A DNA stretch of 64,000 nt from Candidatus Poribacteria bacterium (GTDB taxonomy: Bacteria; Poribacteria; WGA-4E; PCPOR2b). Under the pieces are notes generated by a model, which was not told the DNA's origin, ran no database searches, and saw nothing but the letters and a program-made list of their open reading frames with translations. The position numbers and the translations under genes were made by a program. This document shows positions 30,494 through 41,863 of this stretch, piece after piece (within the stretch, counting starts at the first letter, position 1; every line of letters starts with the position of its first letter). The DNA is taken from contig OZ240245.1 in NCBI GenBank assembly GCA_965198175.1, forward strand, positions 3,520,001 through 3,584,000, written 5' to 3'.

Positions 30494-31465
30494 ATGGAAC
30501 GTCAAATGCGGCTCGGCTTGGGTCAATTCAGCCAGTTAAGCGAAGAACGGCTCAAGTTTATCAAACAACTTGGCGTTGATGATGTCCTTCTCAATACCCC
30601 AGAGTTACCCGGTGACACACACTGGGAATTTGAGGATGTGCTGCACCTACGGACCCAGATTGAAAATGCAGGTTTACGGTTAGGTGCTCTTGAGAATGTT
30701 CCGATTCAATTCTACGACAAGATTATGCTCGGTTTGCCCGGTCGGGACGAACAAATTGAGAACATGGCAACCACCATCCGCAATATGGGTCGAGCAGGTG
30801 TAGAGACCTTCGGTTACCATTGGATGCCCAATGGTGTGTGGCGCACGTCCAGTACAACCCCCAGTCGGGGCGGTGCATCCGTCACGAGCTTCGACCTGAC
30901 GCTTGTCGAAGATGCGTCGCTCTCTCATGGACAGGTCTTCGGCGAAGAAGAAATGTGGGATAACTATGAATACTACATGAAGGCGATTCTCCCGGTTGCA
31001 GAGGAGGCTGGTGTGAAACTTGCGCTTCACCCAGATGATCCACCAGTGGAATCGTTAGCTGGCGTGCCACGACTTTTCCGTAACTTTGAGGGATTCAAGA
31101 GAGGGATGGAGATTGGAGACAGCCCTATGCATGGTTTGGACTTCTGCGTCGGTTCATGGTCGGAGATGGGACCGGGAGTAATTGATGCGATTCGGTACTT
31201 CGGAGAGCGAGGCAAAATCTTTTACGTTCACTTCCGGGATGTCCAGGGCTATGTGCCCAAATTTGCGGAATCCTTCGTCAATGAAGGCAACTGCGATATG
31301 TTTGAAGTCATGAAGACCTTGAAGTCAGTCGGCTTTAACGGGTTCATGATTCCCGATCACGTCCCCAATGTCGTAGATGATACGCTATGGGCACATCGAG
31401 GGCGGGCGTATACGATTGGGTATATGACGGCTTTCCTTGAAATGTTGAATGCAGAAACCGGGTAA
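30494..31465 (+). CDS. uxuA: Mannonate dehydratase family
   Basis: LALHPDDPP, VHFRDV, IPDHVP. Confidence 0.85.
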   Translation: MERQMRLGLGQFSQLSEERLKFIKQLGVDDVLLNTPELPGDTHWEFEDVLHLRTQIENAGLRLGALENVPIQFYDKIMLGLPGRDEQIENMATTIRNMGRAGVETFGYHWMPNGVWRTSSTTPSRGGASVTSFDLTLVEDASLSHGQVFGEEEMWDNYEYYMKAILPVAEEAGVKLALHPDDPPVESLAGVPRLFRNFEGFKRGMEIGDSPMHGLDFCVGSWSEMGPGVIDAIRYFGERGKIFYVHFRDVQGYVPKFAESFVNEGNCDMFEVMKTLKSVGFNGFMIPDHVPNVVDDTLWAHRGRAYTIGYMTAFLEMLNAETG

Positions 31466-31514
31466 TCCGATTCTCTGATGTTCATCCACTTATTTCCCAA
31501 ACACGAGGTATACC

Positions 31515-32492
31515 ATGAAACAAATCGTCGTAGTTGCCCACGACGAATTTACAGATGCAACCGTGGAAGAAGATGTGCTTAGCGCCGTTGGAGCAACCGT
31601 ATTATACCCCCGTAACCTCGATACCCCACAAGCGATTGAAGCAGCCATCGGAGCTGATGCTTTAATTGTCGCAAGACAGAGAGTATCCATTAAGTTGTTG
31701 GGAAATATGCGTCGGTGTCGTATTGTGAGCCGCGCGGGTACAGGCGTTGACAACATTGATGTCGGCGCGGCGACCAAATACGGCATCTGGGTGACCAATG
31801 TGCCCGATTACTCCGTGGATGAAGTGTCCACGCACACCATCGCGTTGCTGCTCGCCCACGTCAGACGCATCCCGCGTTTGGTGGAATTAACCCGCCAGGG
31901 AATATGGGATTCGATGCGGGTTCGCCCCCTTGAACGGCTTGCAGGTCAGACACTCGGTATTTTGGGATTGGGCCGAATTGGTCGCGCTGTTGCGAAAAAA
32001 GCGATTGGGTTGGGGCTTACAGCTATCGCCTACGACCCTTACGTCGACGCCCTGTCTATGGAGGAGATGGGGGTGCAGGCAGCTGATTGTGAAACTGTTC
32101 TGCGCACCTCTGACTCTGTGGCGCTTCACATGCCCCTGACGAACACCACTCACCACATCATTGATGCAGAGGCACTGTCGCTCATGAAGCCGACAGCGTT
32201 CCTGATTAACACTGCAAGGGGTGCCCTCGTTGACGAAGACGCACTGCTAAAAGCGGTTCAAGCTGGTGAAATTGCCGGTGCTGCGCTCGACGCATTGTCG
32301 GTTGAACCACCTCCACTTGAACACCCACTGCTTCGTGACGAACGTATTATGATTACGCCGCATATCGGCTGGTATTCCGAAGCCTCGGGTCGAGATATGC
32401 GCGCCTGGTCCGCTGAAGAGGTGGTGCGGGTGCTCAGCGGTGAGAGTCCCCGTTATCCGGTTAATCAGATTGACCATGGGGGTGAGCGGTAA
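31515..32492 (+). CDS. D-2-hydroxyacid dehydrogenase (CtBP-like)
   Basis: GVDNID, GLGRIG, INTARG, TPH. Confidence 0.9.
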   Translation: MKQIVVVAHDEFTDATVEEDVLSAVGATVLYPRNLDTPQAIEAAIGADALIVARQRVSIKLLGNMRRCRIVSRAGTGVDNIDVGAATKYGIWVTNVPDYSVDEVSTHTIALLLAHVRRIPRLVELTRQGIWDSMRVRPLERLAGQTLGILGLGRIGRAVAKKAIGLGLTAIAYDPYVDALSMEEMGVQAADCETVLRTSDSVALHMPLTNTTHHIIDAEALSLMKPTAFLINTARGALVDEDALLKAVQAGEIAGAALDALSVEPPPLEHPLLRDERIMITPHIGWYSEASGRDMRAWSAEEVVRVLSGESPRYPVNQIDHGGER

Positions 32493-32711
32493 AAGATCGG
32501 CTATAGGTTATTAGGACGAACAAAGCTTTTCAGGAATTCTTATAATCTGTCCAATTCGTTTTGAATTTGCTTCAGTTTTAAAGACTCGAAAAAAACAGAA
32601 GTGAGATTGATAGGATGCGGGTCTGAATCTCATGGTCGCAGAAAATTGGGACTTACGACAGACATCCACTCACGCGGCATTATCTTTCCCGTTTAACAGA
32701 AGGTTTATATC

Positions 32712-33755
32712 ATGGCAGAACACATTCATCCACCAGAACATACACACATATCATCCTTTCCCTCGTTGATTTCCGCGTCAGAAGTCGCAGATCAGATGGC
32801 GGCTGTCTGTGTGCATTTTTTGGAGTCGCTGACGCCGAATCTGAGACAAATGGCAGAATTTCCGTTCGACGAGGTTGAGCGCCGGCGTTGGCATTACTTC
32901 CCACGAGAGAATTTTGAACGCAATGGGTTGTCGCTGAAAGAGATGAATGAAAAGCAACAAACAGCAGCATTCGAGTTGCTCAGATGCGGATTGAGTCAAA
33001 AGGGATATCAAAAGGCGAGGGCGATTATAGATTTAGAAATCACGCTTGGCGACTTGGAGCGGCTAGACGGTACAGCTCGGTTTGCCCGGATACCGAATCT
33101 TTACTATTTTAGCGTGTTCGGCGATCCCACAAACAGAAAGCCCTGGGGTTGGCGAACGGAAGGGCATCATATCTCAGTTAATTTTACCGTCGTGAATCGA
33201 GAGTTAATCGCACCGACGCCTTTCTTCTTCGGATCTAACCCCGCACAGGTGCAGTATGGTCCCAAGGCGGGACTGCGTATCCTGTCGGCGGAGGAAGATT
33301 TTGCGCGTCAACTCTTGGACAGTCTGAATAGCGACCAGAAAAAGAAAACTGTCATCTCGACGACGGCGCCCAGAGACATCATCACGAAGGCAGCGCCGAA
33401 GATCGAGTTTGAGGCTGTTGAAGGGTTAGCAACAGAATCGATGACAACCGCCCAGCGCGACACTTTGATGAATCTCGTTCGAGCGTACATCGATCGACTT
33501 CCCGATTCGCTGGCTACAATTGAGATACAGAAGTTGTGCCACGCCGGTGCGAATGACATTCACTTCGCCTGGGCGGGCAGAGTAGAACGTGGCGAGGCGC
33601 ATTACTATCGGATTCACGGGCCGTCATTTTTTGTGGAGTATGACAATACGCAAAACGACGCGAATCATATCCATTCGGTCTGGCGCCATTTGGATGATGA
33701 CTTCGGATTGGATCTACTCCGTTTGCACTATCAATACGGACACCGTCACGTTTAA
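32712..33755 (+). CDS. DUF3500 domain protein
   Basis: WGWRTEGHHIS, FFGSNPA, EYDNTQNDANHIHSVWR. Confidence 0.85.
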   Translation: MAEHIHPPEHTHISSFPSLISASEVADQMAAVCVHFLESLTPNLRQMAEFPFDEVERRRWHYFPRENFERNGLSLKEMNEKQQTAAFELLRCGLSQKGYQKARAIIDLEITLGDLERLDGTARFARIPNLYYFSVFGDPTNRKPWGWRTEGHHISVNFTVVNRELIAPTPFFFGSNPAQVQYGPKAGLRILSAEEDFARQLLDSLNSDQKKKTVISTTAPRDIITKAAPKIEFEAVEGLATESMTTAQRDTLMNLVRAYIDRLPDSLATIEIQKLCHAGANDIHFAWAGRVERGEAHYYRIHGPSFFVEYDNTQNDANHIHSVWRHLDDDFGLDLLRLHYQYGHRHV

Positions 33756-33915
33756 GAACCCTTCAGAGGTTCAAGGTCTTTGAAAGGGCTACACCATACC
33801 TGCCGAGTTTGCCTACGTCACGGATACCCACGCGGTGTTAGATTGCATTCATTGAGGAATCGCCGGGTAATTCCGTGACCGATTCTCGTCTCCAGTCTTT
33901 AAAGTCAAAATTTGA

Positions 33916-34356
33916 ATGGAGGTTTTAATGACCACTCTCAAACTGAAACGTCCCATCGTTGACATTGCCATCACTTGCAGCAACTTCGAGGAGTCACTTC
34001 GCTTCTACCACGAGTTGCTGGGCTTGGAGATTGTGATGGAACTCGACATTTCTGCGCCGTTGGCGAAAACAGTCGGGCTTGCGCCGCGTGGATTTCATCA
34101 AGTCCGATTGCAAGCTGGCAACACACTGATTAAACTGATGGACATTGAAATGCCACCCCCAACCCCCGACCACGGTTTTGGTGCCGGCTTGGGCTGGCTT
34201 ACCATACTGGTCGAAGATATAGCGGAAACCGTCGAGAAATTGAAGCGAAAAGGGGTTGAGTTTGTGGCTGATCCTGTCGATGGACCAGATGCTGTGGGCG
34301 TAGCTTGCGCAAAAGCCCCAGATGGCATCATCATTGAGTTTGTGCAACCGAATTAA
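33916..34356 (+). CDS. VOC (glyoxalase-like) family protein
   Basis: SLRFYHELLGL, PDG.IIEFVQ. Confidence 0.85.
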   Translation: MEVLMTTLKLKRPIVDIAITCSNFEESLRFYHELLGLEIVMELDISAPLAKTVGLAPRGFHQVRLQAGNTLIKLMDIEMPPPTPDHGFGAGLGWLTILVEDIAETVEKLKRKGVEFVADPVDGPDAVGVACAKAPDGIIIEFVQPN

Positions 34357-34777
34357 CGCGAGTCAAGGCATCTGCAAATGCGGGAGTGACAAGAGGAAAT
34401 ATGAACGAAACAGTTGTTCACATCACTGGATATTTTCATTCATAATTGTATTTATTAAAATCGGTGCGGCACATAGAAGTGTGACCTAGCAAATTGCCGT
34501 CAGTAAGCATTTGCTCTACCGTCAACCCGTACGACTTCCTGCCTTTGCACCACGAAACACGGTTTGCCGCTATCGGTTGATTGTGATTGGGGTTTCGCGG
34601 TTAGGAACCCGTAACTGGCATTAGGAGAAGGCAGCGTGCTATTGATACGATAGAACTTTCGCATGACAATGTTTTTGGCGGGAAAACTTGATCGGTAGTT
34701 TGAATGAAGGCTTCGACTTCGACGAAATTAAATCAACCAATATCTATTGTCACCACGCATTAAAGCATGGAGGAATT

Positions 34778-36817
34778 ATGGAAATTCCTTTGCTTCATGA
34801 CATCTGCATCATTTTCGTCTTATCTATTGGCGGTCTGCTTGTCTGCCATAGGCTCCATGTGCCGGCAATCGTGGGCTTTCTCTTGACAGGACTGATTGCC
34901 GGACCTCATGGATTCGCGCTCATTCAGGCCGATGGTGAAGTAGAGATTCTCGCAGAGGTGGGAACAATCTTGCTGTTGTTCACTATCGGGATTGAATTTT
35001 CGTTGGGTACTCTGCTTCAGGTCAGGCGAATCGTACTTATGGGCGGACCGTTGCAGGTAGGATTGACGCTTCTGGCAACGTTTATTATCGCTCGGCATTT
35101 TGGCATGGTTGCCAACGAAGCGATATTCGTCGGATGCCTTTCGGCCGTAAGCAGTACGGTAATTGTGATGAAACTTCTTCAAGAGCGAGATGAAACTCGA
35201 ACACCTCACGGACGTACGGCGCTGGCAATCCTTATATTTCAGGATGTCGCGATTGTTCCCATGATATTGATTACTCCAATTCTTGCTGGGGAAGCGAGTA
35301 ACATGAACCAAGCACTCATTTCGCTGTTGTTAAAGGGCGCGGTAATGATTGTCGTGGTAATTGTGGGTGCAAAATACGTTGTCCCGCTAATGCTTTCACA
35401 GGTGCTTCGGACGGGGAGTCGAGAGGTTTTTTTATTGAGCGTTCTCGCCATCTGCCTTGCCGTCACGTGGGTGACGTCCATTTTCGGTGTCTCTTTGGCA
35501 CTTGGCGCATTTCTCGCAGGACTGATTGTTTCCGAATCGGAGTCCAGCCACGATGCGCTTGGTCATATTTCACCGTTTCGGGATGTGTTCGCTAGCTTCT
35601 TCTTCGTATCAGTAGGAATGCTACTCGATTTTCACGTTCTGATCGAAAAGCCATTTTTGATTGCCGGTCTCGCAATCGGCGTTTTGGTTGCAAAGAGCAT
35701 CATCGCAGGGGTAGTAACCTCTACTCTCGGATATCCATTGCGCACGGCAATCCTTGCGGGGCTCACACTTAGTCAAATGGGGGAATTTGCATTTATCCTG
35801 TCGAATGAAGGTATAAGACACGGTCTACTCAGCGAAGGAAATTATAAACTGTTTCTAGCTGTTTCGGTTTTAACTATGGCGGCAACACCGATTATCGTCT
35901 CGGTATCCGGGCGTGTCGCCGATGGGATATTGCGATTGCGGCTTCCAAAACGACTAGTGTCAGGATTGAGACCAACCCACTCGAAACCAAATCCGGAGCA
36001 AAGTAACCATATCATAGTTATCGGCTTCGGTATCAATGGCCAAAACGTTGCAATGGCGGCCGCGGCGGCAGACCTCCCGTATGTCGTTATTGAGATGAAT
36101 AATGAAATTGTGCAATCTGCACGGACAAATGGTGAGCCCATTTTCTTCGGCGATGCTGTTCACGATGCCGTGCTTCACCATGCAAACATCAAGTCCGCGC
36201 GAGTAGTTGTAATTGCGATTTCGGATGATGCGTCTTCGCGCCGAATCGTAGGAGCTGCCCATGCATTGAATCCCGCAGCACATATTATTGTTAGAACACG
36301 CCATCTTGCTGAAGTAGAGCCGCTCTACCATGTCGGTGCCAACGAAGTGATTCCGGAGGAGTTCGAGACTTCGGTCGAGATTTTCACTCGGGTATTGATG
36401 GAGTACCTCGTCCCGCATGATCAAATTGAACGGTTCATTGCCGAGGTCCGCGCCGATGGTTATAAGATGTTCCGCACTCCATCTAAGGATGTGTTGTCTC
36501 TTCCCAACCGGGACGTACATCTACCCGATTTTGAGATTTCAGTATTGCGCGTTGATAAGAAATCTCCTTTTGTTGAAAAAACCCTTGAGGAAATTACATT
36601 ACGAAATACATACGAAGTGTCGGTGGTTGCAATCCTACGGAACGGACAGGTTTTCCCTAATCCACATGGAGACATGCGGATTGAGATTGATGATGAAGTA
36701 TATCTCCTAGGACTTCCCGAGAAAATCGCGCAGATTGCCGATCTTTTCGATTTCCCCGACAGCCAAAACTCAGTACGCAGCGAGGATTTTTCATTGAATG
36801 AATTACAAAAATCGTAA
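34778..36817 (+). CDS. CPA2 cation:proton antiporter (Kef-like) with TrkA-N/C
   Basis: LLFTIGIEFS, LIFQD, LGAFLAG, QMGEFAF, GFGING; GGAGG RBS before ATG at 34778. Confidence 0.92.
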   Translation: MEIPLLHDICIIFVLSIGGLLVCHRLHVPAIVGFLLTGLIAGPHGFALIQADGEVEILAEVGTILLLFTIGIEFSLGTLLQVRRIVLMGGPLQVGLTLLATFIIARHFGMVANEAIFVGCLSAVSSTVIVMKLLQERDETRTPHGRTALAILIFQDVAIVPMILITPILAGEASNMNQALISLLLKGAVMIVVVIVGAKYVVPLMLSQVLRTGSREVFLLSVLAICLAVTWVTSIFGVSLALGAFLAGLIVSESESSHDALGHISPFRDVFASFFFVSVGMLLDFHVLIEKPFLIAGLAIGVLVAKSIIAGVVTSTLGYPLRTAILAGLTLSQMGEFAFILSNEGIRHGLLSEGNYKLFLAVSVLTMAATPIIVSVSGRVADGILRLRLPKRLVSGLRPTHSKPNPEQSNHIIVIGFGINGQNVAMAAAAADLPYVVIEMNNEIVQSARTNGEPIFFGDAVHDAVLHHANIKSARVVVIAISDDASSRRIVGAAHALNPAAHIIVRTRHLAEVEPLYHVGANEVIPEEFETSVEIFTRVLMEYLVPHDQIERFIAEVRADGYKMFRTPSKDVLSLPNRDVHLPDFEISVLRVDKKSPFVEKTLEEITLRNTYEVSVVAILRNGQVFPNPHGDMRIEIDDEVYLLGLPEKIAQIADLFDFPDSQNSVRSEDFSLNELQKS

Positions 36818-37015
36818 TAATATGGCGTTGTGCGATATCATTTACTCCGCGCGTGTTGCCTTCCCTTGTCTGCTCGAAAATTCCCAGATCTTGGTCCAAT
36901 TTGAGCAAAAAATTACCTATTGCGAGATTACGAATCGTTACTATCCTGCCCGACAAATTCCTTAGTTCAAATATGTAAATTACTTAACCTCAACGACTAA
37001 ATTAGGAGGAGTTGG

Positions 37016-38329
37016 ATGAAAAGATTATACATCTATGTTTTCGCACTTACTTTAAGCGCTCTGATCCTGTTACCCCCGTTTACATTTGCGCAAAAACCGT
37101 TGACCGTCGTTTGGGCGGAATGGGCGCCCGCGGATTATCTAGATACGTTATCGAAGGATTTTACTGCAGAAACGGGTATTGAGGTTGAAGTGATTCAAAT
37201 CCCTTGGGGAAGTTTCCAGGAAAAGATTTCCGCGGCGTTTGTAGGAAAGAGCGAACTCTATGATATCGTCATTGGTGATAGCCAGTGGCTTGGCAGAAAC
37301 TCTGTAGGAGGGCATTACATTGAGTTGACGGACTGGATGAAGGACAATATTGATATCAGTTCGATTTCCGATACAGCAATGACAGCTTTTGCTGAGTATC
37401 CGAAAAGGAGTAAGAAATATTGGGCGCTCCCTGCGGAGGTGGACATCAACGGTTTTATGTACCGCAAAGATCTCTTTGAGGATGCGAAGGAACAGACGGC
37501 GTTCAAATCTAAATTCGGATACGAGCTAGCGCCTCCCAAAACGTACAAGGAACTGCGCGATATTGCGGAGTTCTTCACTCGAGGTCCAGATCTTTACGGG
37601 ATTGCGGCATACTTCAGTAAAGAATACGACAGCATCACAATGGGGTTCCAGCAGGTAATGTGGTCGTTTGGCGGGTCCTACGGCGACCCACAAACGTACA
37701 AAATTGATGGCTATATTAACAACGAAGATTCAGTGAAGGCGTTGGAATATTACGCGGAACTTATAAAGTTCGCCCCGCCCGATGCACCAAATTACTACTG
37801 GCAGCAGGTCCTAGATGCCTATAAAGCAGGGAAGGTCGCGATGGCTATGGAATATTTTGCCTTCTTCGCAGGTGCGATCGATCCGGCGCATAACCCAAAA
37901 TATTTCGATAAAACTGGTTTCTTTATCGCGCCGAAAGGACCGAAGGGCCACTACATCAGCATCGGTGGTCAAGGCATGTCAATTTCCTCTTACTCCAAGA
38001 ATAAATCGGTTGCCAAACAGTACATGAAATGGTTTATTCAGAAAGATGTACAGGAGAAATGGGCGATGCTGGGTGGATTCACACCGCATATGGAGGTGCT
38101 ACAGTCCGAAACCTTCCTGAATGCAACACCGTTCAATCAGGCTTTTTCAGAAAGCATGCCTTACCTTCAGGATTTTTGGGCAGTGCCCGAGTACGCGGAC
38201 CTTCTGGAAGTTTGCCAAACAAACTGGAACGCGGTAATGGTCGGCGCTAAATCACCAAAGGCAGCTCTCGATAAGATTGCCCGGAAACATGAACAAATCT
38301 TTAAAGAAGCAGGTTACTACGACGACTAA
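37016..38329 (+). CDS. Sugar ABC transporter substrate-binding protein
   Basis: Signal peptide, DFTAETGIEVEV, YRKDLF; first gene of the ABC operon. Confidence 0.9.
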   Translation: MKRLYIYVFALTLSALILLPPFTFAQKPLTVVWAEWAPADYLDTLSKDFTAETGIEVEVIQIPWGSFQEKISAAFVGKSELYDIVIGDSQWLGRNSVGGHYIELTDWMKDNIDISSISDTAMTAFAEYPKRSKKYWALPAEVDINGFMYRKDLFEDAKEQTAFKSKFGYELAPPKTYKELRDIAEFFTRGPDLYGIAAYFSKEYDSITMGFQQVMWSFGGSYGDPQTYKIDGYINNEDSVKALEYYAELIKFAPPDAPNYYWQQVLDAYKAGKVAMAMEYFAFFAGAIDPAHNPKYFDKTGFFIAPKGPKGHYISIGGQGMSISSYSKNKSVAKQYMKWFIQKDVQEKWAMLGGFTPHMEVLQSETFLNATPFNQAFSESMPYLQDFWAVPEYADLLEVCQTNWNAVMVGAKSPKAALDKIARKHEQIFKEAGYYDD

Positions 38330-38341
38330 ATTACAGCTTGC

Positions 38342-39277
38342 TTGATTTGCACAAAAGAACCTATGCAAAAAATTCGTTTTGCTCGCGGATTAAGTGACTA
38401 TCAGATCAAGATGGCGTTCATCATGCCAACAATGATTTTGCTCATCTTGATGAATATTTTTCCACTGCTGTGGTCGTTATATCTGAGTTTTCATCGTTAT
38501 AAGGCTTCTATTCCCAATCGACTACCGAAGTTCATCGGCGTTCGCAACTACGCGCAATTGCTCTCAGATCCCGATATTTGGGAGTATTTCAGAACGACTG
38601 CCTATTTTGTTGTGCTCGCCGTTGCCGCACAATTTATCATCGGCTTTGGACTTGCGCTGCTGCTCAATCGTGATTTTCAATTTAAGGGATTCGTGACAAC
38701 GCTAATCCTCCTACCCATGATGCTCTCGCCCGTTGTTGTCGGGTTGTTCTGGCGCTTTATTCTGGCTTCTGATTCTTCCGGTCTAGTCAACTATTTTCTA
38801 AGCCCTCTTCTAAACGCTCTAAACCGTGATTCAATTCCCTGGACAACAAATCCAAACATCGCGATGATTGCTGTTGTTATTGTCGATACGTGGATGTGGT
38901 CGCCATTTATGATGCTTATTTCTTTAGCCGGACTCTCGGCTGTGCCAAAATATCTCTATGAAGCGGCAGATGTGGATCGAGCTTCCGGCTGGTTCAAATT
39001 CCGCCGAATTACCTTACCTCTGGTTTCCCCACTCCTACTGATTGCCTTGTTGTTTCGCACAATGGATGCATTTAAAATGTTTGATATTGTTTATGTGCTT
39101 ACGCATGAAGGGGGACCAGGAACAGCGACAGAAACAGTATCAATGAATCTCTACAGGTTGGCGTTTCGGAGCTACAACACAGGAAAAGCGTGTGCCATGG
39201 CATACATTCTTCTGATTGTCATTGTCGCACTTAGCAACATCTACGTCAAATGTCTGAACCGACTGAGGGAGGCATAA
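38342..39277 (+). CDS. Sugar ABC transporter permease
   Basis: LYEAADVD EAA loop. Confidence 0.9.
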   Translation: MICTKEPMQKIRFARGLSDYQIKMAFIMPTMILLILMNIFPLLWSLYLSFHRYKASIPNRLPKFIGVRNYAQLLSDPDIWEYFRTTAYFVVLAVAAQFIIGFGLALLLNRDFQFKGFVTTLILLPMMLSPVVVGLFWRFILASDSSGLVNYFLSPLLNALNRDSIPWTTNPNIAMIAVVIVDTWMWSPFMMLISLAGLSAVPKYLYEAADVDRASGWFKFRRITLPLVSPLLLIALLFRTMDAFKMFDIVYVLTHEGGPGTATETVSMNLYRLAFRSYNTGKACAMAYILLIVIVALSNIYVKCLNRLREA

Positions 39278-39278
39278 G

Positions 39279-40496
39279 ATGTCTCGGGTTGCGGAAGGTG
39301 AAATCCTACGAGGTAGAGTCAAGAGAGACAAAATCCGAGTTCACGGGGCAAGGCGCAAGCGTTTGAGGCACTACACAGCATTAGTTCTGATTGCGATAAC
39401 CGCCATAATCTACCTTATCCCGGTTTACTGGATTGTAACAACCTCTTTGAAGACATCGGGCGATATTCATGAGAAAACCCCAAAAATATTTCTGTTCCGA
39501 TGGACGTTAGACCATTATAAGGCGTTGATGCCGCTTGAAATACACAGCATCACCTATGTCTTCATTATAGAGGCATTGGTTGGAATACTGTGTTTCCTCC
39601 TACTTCTCAGGAATACGGCATTCATGTTCCGCTTCGCACACATCTGGAATGGAGTGATAGTTTCGACGTGCATCTACGCTTTTGTAACCACAATCCGTTA
39701 CAGCTTCCTGATGCTAGTAATCTACGCAATCGTCGCCTATCTGTTAATCTCTCCGAAAAAAAGACCAGATCTAAAGCGGATTCGATTGTTCTTCGGTGGC
39801 TATGTAATCCTCGCAGTAATCGCGTCTTGCTTATCACTGGCAGACAGTGGGTCGAAATATTTCCATCAACTGTCGAATAGCATCATCATTGGATTTGCTA
39901 GCACCATTCTTGCCGTTGCGCTAGGAACGTTGTCGGCTTATGCTTTCTCGCGGTTTAAGGTAGCAGGCAAAGAAGATTTGCTCTTCTTTATTCTGAGTAC
40001 TCGTATGCTTCCGCCCGTGGTTGTGGTCATTCCAATTTATTTGATGTACAGCGCGCTGGGATTGCGCGATACTCACTTTGGACTCATCCTGCTTTATACA
40101 ACTTTTAACGTCTCTTTCGCTGTTTGGTTGATGAAAGGCTTCATCGATGAAATACCTAAAGAGTATGAAGATGCCGCACTTGTCGATGGCTATACCCGTT
40201 TCCAGACGTTTCTCAAGGTTGTTCTCCCTCAATCGGTGACAGGTATTGCGGCGACAGCTGTTTTCTGTTTAATCACCGCGTGGAATGAGTTTGTGTTCGC
40301 GCTGGTCTTGACTGAAGTTGGCGGTAAAGCTGTGACGGCACCGCCTTCCATCCCGAGCGAGATTGGCTCTGGTGGCGTAGAGTGGGGTCAGATCGCAGCG
40401 AAGACCTTTGTGTTTCTGTTGCCTGTTGCGATTTTCACCTTCCTGATGCGGTCACATCTTCTCCGCGGTGTTACATTTGGAGCAGTGAAAAAGTAG
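39279..40496 (+). CDS. Carbohydrate ABC transporter permease (extended)
   Basis: EDAALVDG, AWNEFVFA. Confidence 0.9.
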   Translation: MSRVAEGEILRGRVKRDKIRVHGARRKRLRHYTALVLIAITAIIYLIPVYWIVTTSLKTSGDIHEKTPKIFLFRWTLDHYKALMPLEIHSITYVFIIEALVGILCFLLLLRNTAFMFRFAHIWNGVIVSTCIYAFVTTIRYSFLMLVIYAIVAYLLISPKKRPDLKRIRLFFGGYVILAVIASCLSLADSGSKYFHQLSNSIIIGFASTILAVALGTLSAYAFSRFKVAGKEDLLFFILSTRMLPPVVVVIPIYLMYSALGLRDTHFGLILLYTTFNVSFAVWLMKGFIDEIPKEYEDAALVDGYTRFQTFLKVVLPQSVTGIAATAVFCLITAWNEFVFALVLTEVGGKAVTAPPSIPSEIGSGGVEWGQIAAKTFVFLLPVAIFTFLMRSHLLRGVTFGAVKK

Positions 40497-40693
40497 ACCA
40501 TGAAACGACCACGAGAAATTGTGAATGGGTGAATCAACCAATGCTGATTCGTATCATGAATTGCCCCTTTATGCAGCAATCCACACGCTCAAGCCGCAAA
40601 CTTTTTTGGTAATCATGGCTTGGGCAGATGCAAAATGGAGTGGAGTAACTTGTCCTACATAACTAACTGTTCCTGATTGAGTACAACTGTCCT

Positions 40694-41809
40694 ATGACTG
40701 CCGTTAAACTTGAAAATCTCACAAAACGATTTGATGAGGTCGTAGCCCTTGACAACATCAATCTAGAGATTAACAACCAGGAATTCTTCGTACTGCTTGG
40801 GCAAACCGGCGCAGGTAAGACGACAACTTTGCGATGTATCGCGGGACTTGATCGCCCCGAAGAAGGCTCAATCTTTTTTGATGGTGAGCGAATCAACGAT
40901 TTCATCCCCGCTGAACGAGATGTCGCCTTTGTGTTTCAATCGCATATCCTCTACCCTCATCTGACGGTCTACCAGAATATGGCATTCCCACTGTATCCAC
41001 GAGACCTGCCAGAAGACGAAATCAATCATCGGGTGAACGAAATTGCCGAAATGTTACATATCAGGCACCTCTTGCAGCGCAAACCGAACCAACTTAGCGG
41101 CGGCGAAACACAGCGGGTTGGGTTAGGTCGAGCAATGGTACGACATCCACGGCTTTTTCTTATGGACGAACCAATCTCTAATCTTGATGCAAAACTTCGT
41201 GCAGAGATGCGGGCGGAGATTAAGTGGCGGCAGCGGCAACTAGAAACGACTACGTTATACGTCACTCACGATCAAATTGAAGCGATGTCGATGGCAGATC
41301 GAGTCGCAGTATTAGATCAGGGCTGCATCCAGCAAGTCGGCACGCCAACGGACATTTATCATTCCCCGGCGAATCTGCTCGTCGCCAGCTTTATTGGCAA
41401 TCCCAGTATAAACCTAATCTCTTGTAACTTTGTTACTGTTGGGGAGAGTACATTCTTGACATTAATTGGCAGACTCCAGATGCAAATCAAAGATATGCGG
41501 ATTACTCACACTTTGATTGAGTCTAAGAGGAGAAGCAATCTGATTTTGGGGGTGCATCCGGAGGATGTCTTAGTAAGTTCCGAACACACTTCTGGTAGCA
41601 TCGCGGCGGAGGTCTATAGCTTTGAACCTCTCGGGGCTGAAACCATTGTGGATATATTTCTTGGAAAAGATGAGGAGAGTAAGGACGTTATTGTAAAAGC
41701 CCGCACAGCCCCTACGCATGAAGTCCGACTCGGACAGCGGGTCTGGATTGGTTTCGTTCCTGAACGGATTCATCTTTTTGACAAAGATACAGGCGAGGCA
41801 ATTTTGTGA
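40694..41809 (+). CDS. Sugar ABC transporter ATP-binding protein (MalK-like)
   Basis: GQTGAGKT, LSGGETQR, DEPISNLDAKLR. Confidence 0.92.
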   Translation: MTAVKLENLTKRFDEVVALDNINLEINNQEFFVLLGQTGAGKTTTLRCIAGLDRPEEGSIFFDGERINDFIPAERDVAFVFQSHILYPHLTVYQNMAFPLYPRDLPEDEINHRVNEIAEMLHIRHLLQRKPNQLSGGETQRVGLGRAMVRHPRLFLMDEPISNLDAKLRAEMRAEIKWRQRQLETTTLYVTHDQIEAMSMADRVAVLDQGCIQQVGTPTDIYHSPANLLVASFIGNPSINLISCNFVTVGESTFLTLIGRLQMQIKDMRITHTLIESKRRSNLILGVHPEDVLVSSEHTSGSIAAEVYSFEPLGAETIVDIFLGKDEESKDVIVKARTAPTHEVRLGQRVWIGFVPERIHLFDKDTGEAIL

Positions 41810-41863
41810 ATCACGTACTATTTTTATCGTGTGCTCAAGTTCGAGAGTATAGGAGCTTAGATT

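Noticed and set aside
34400..34770. c-di-AMP (ydaO) riboswitch upstream of the Kef-like antiporter
   Set aside because: Context is plausible but the conserved motifs are not recognisable.
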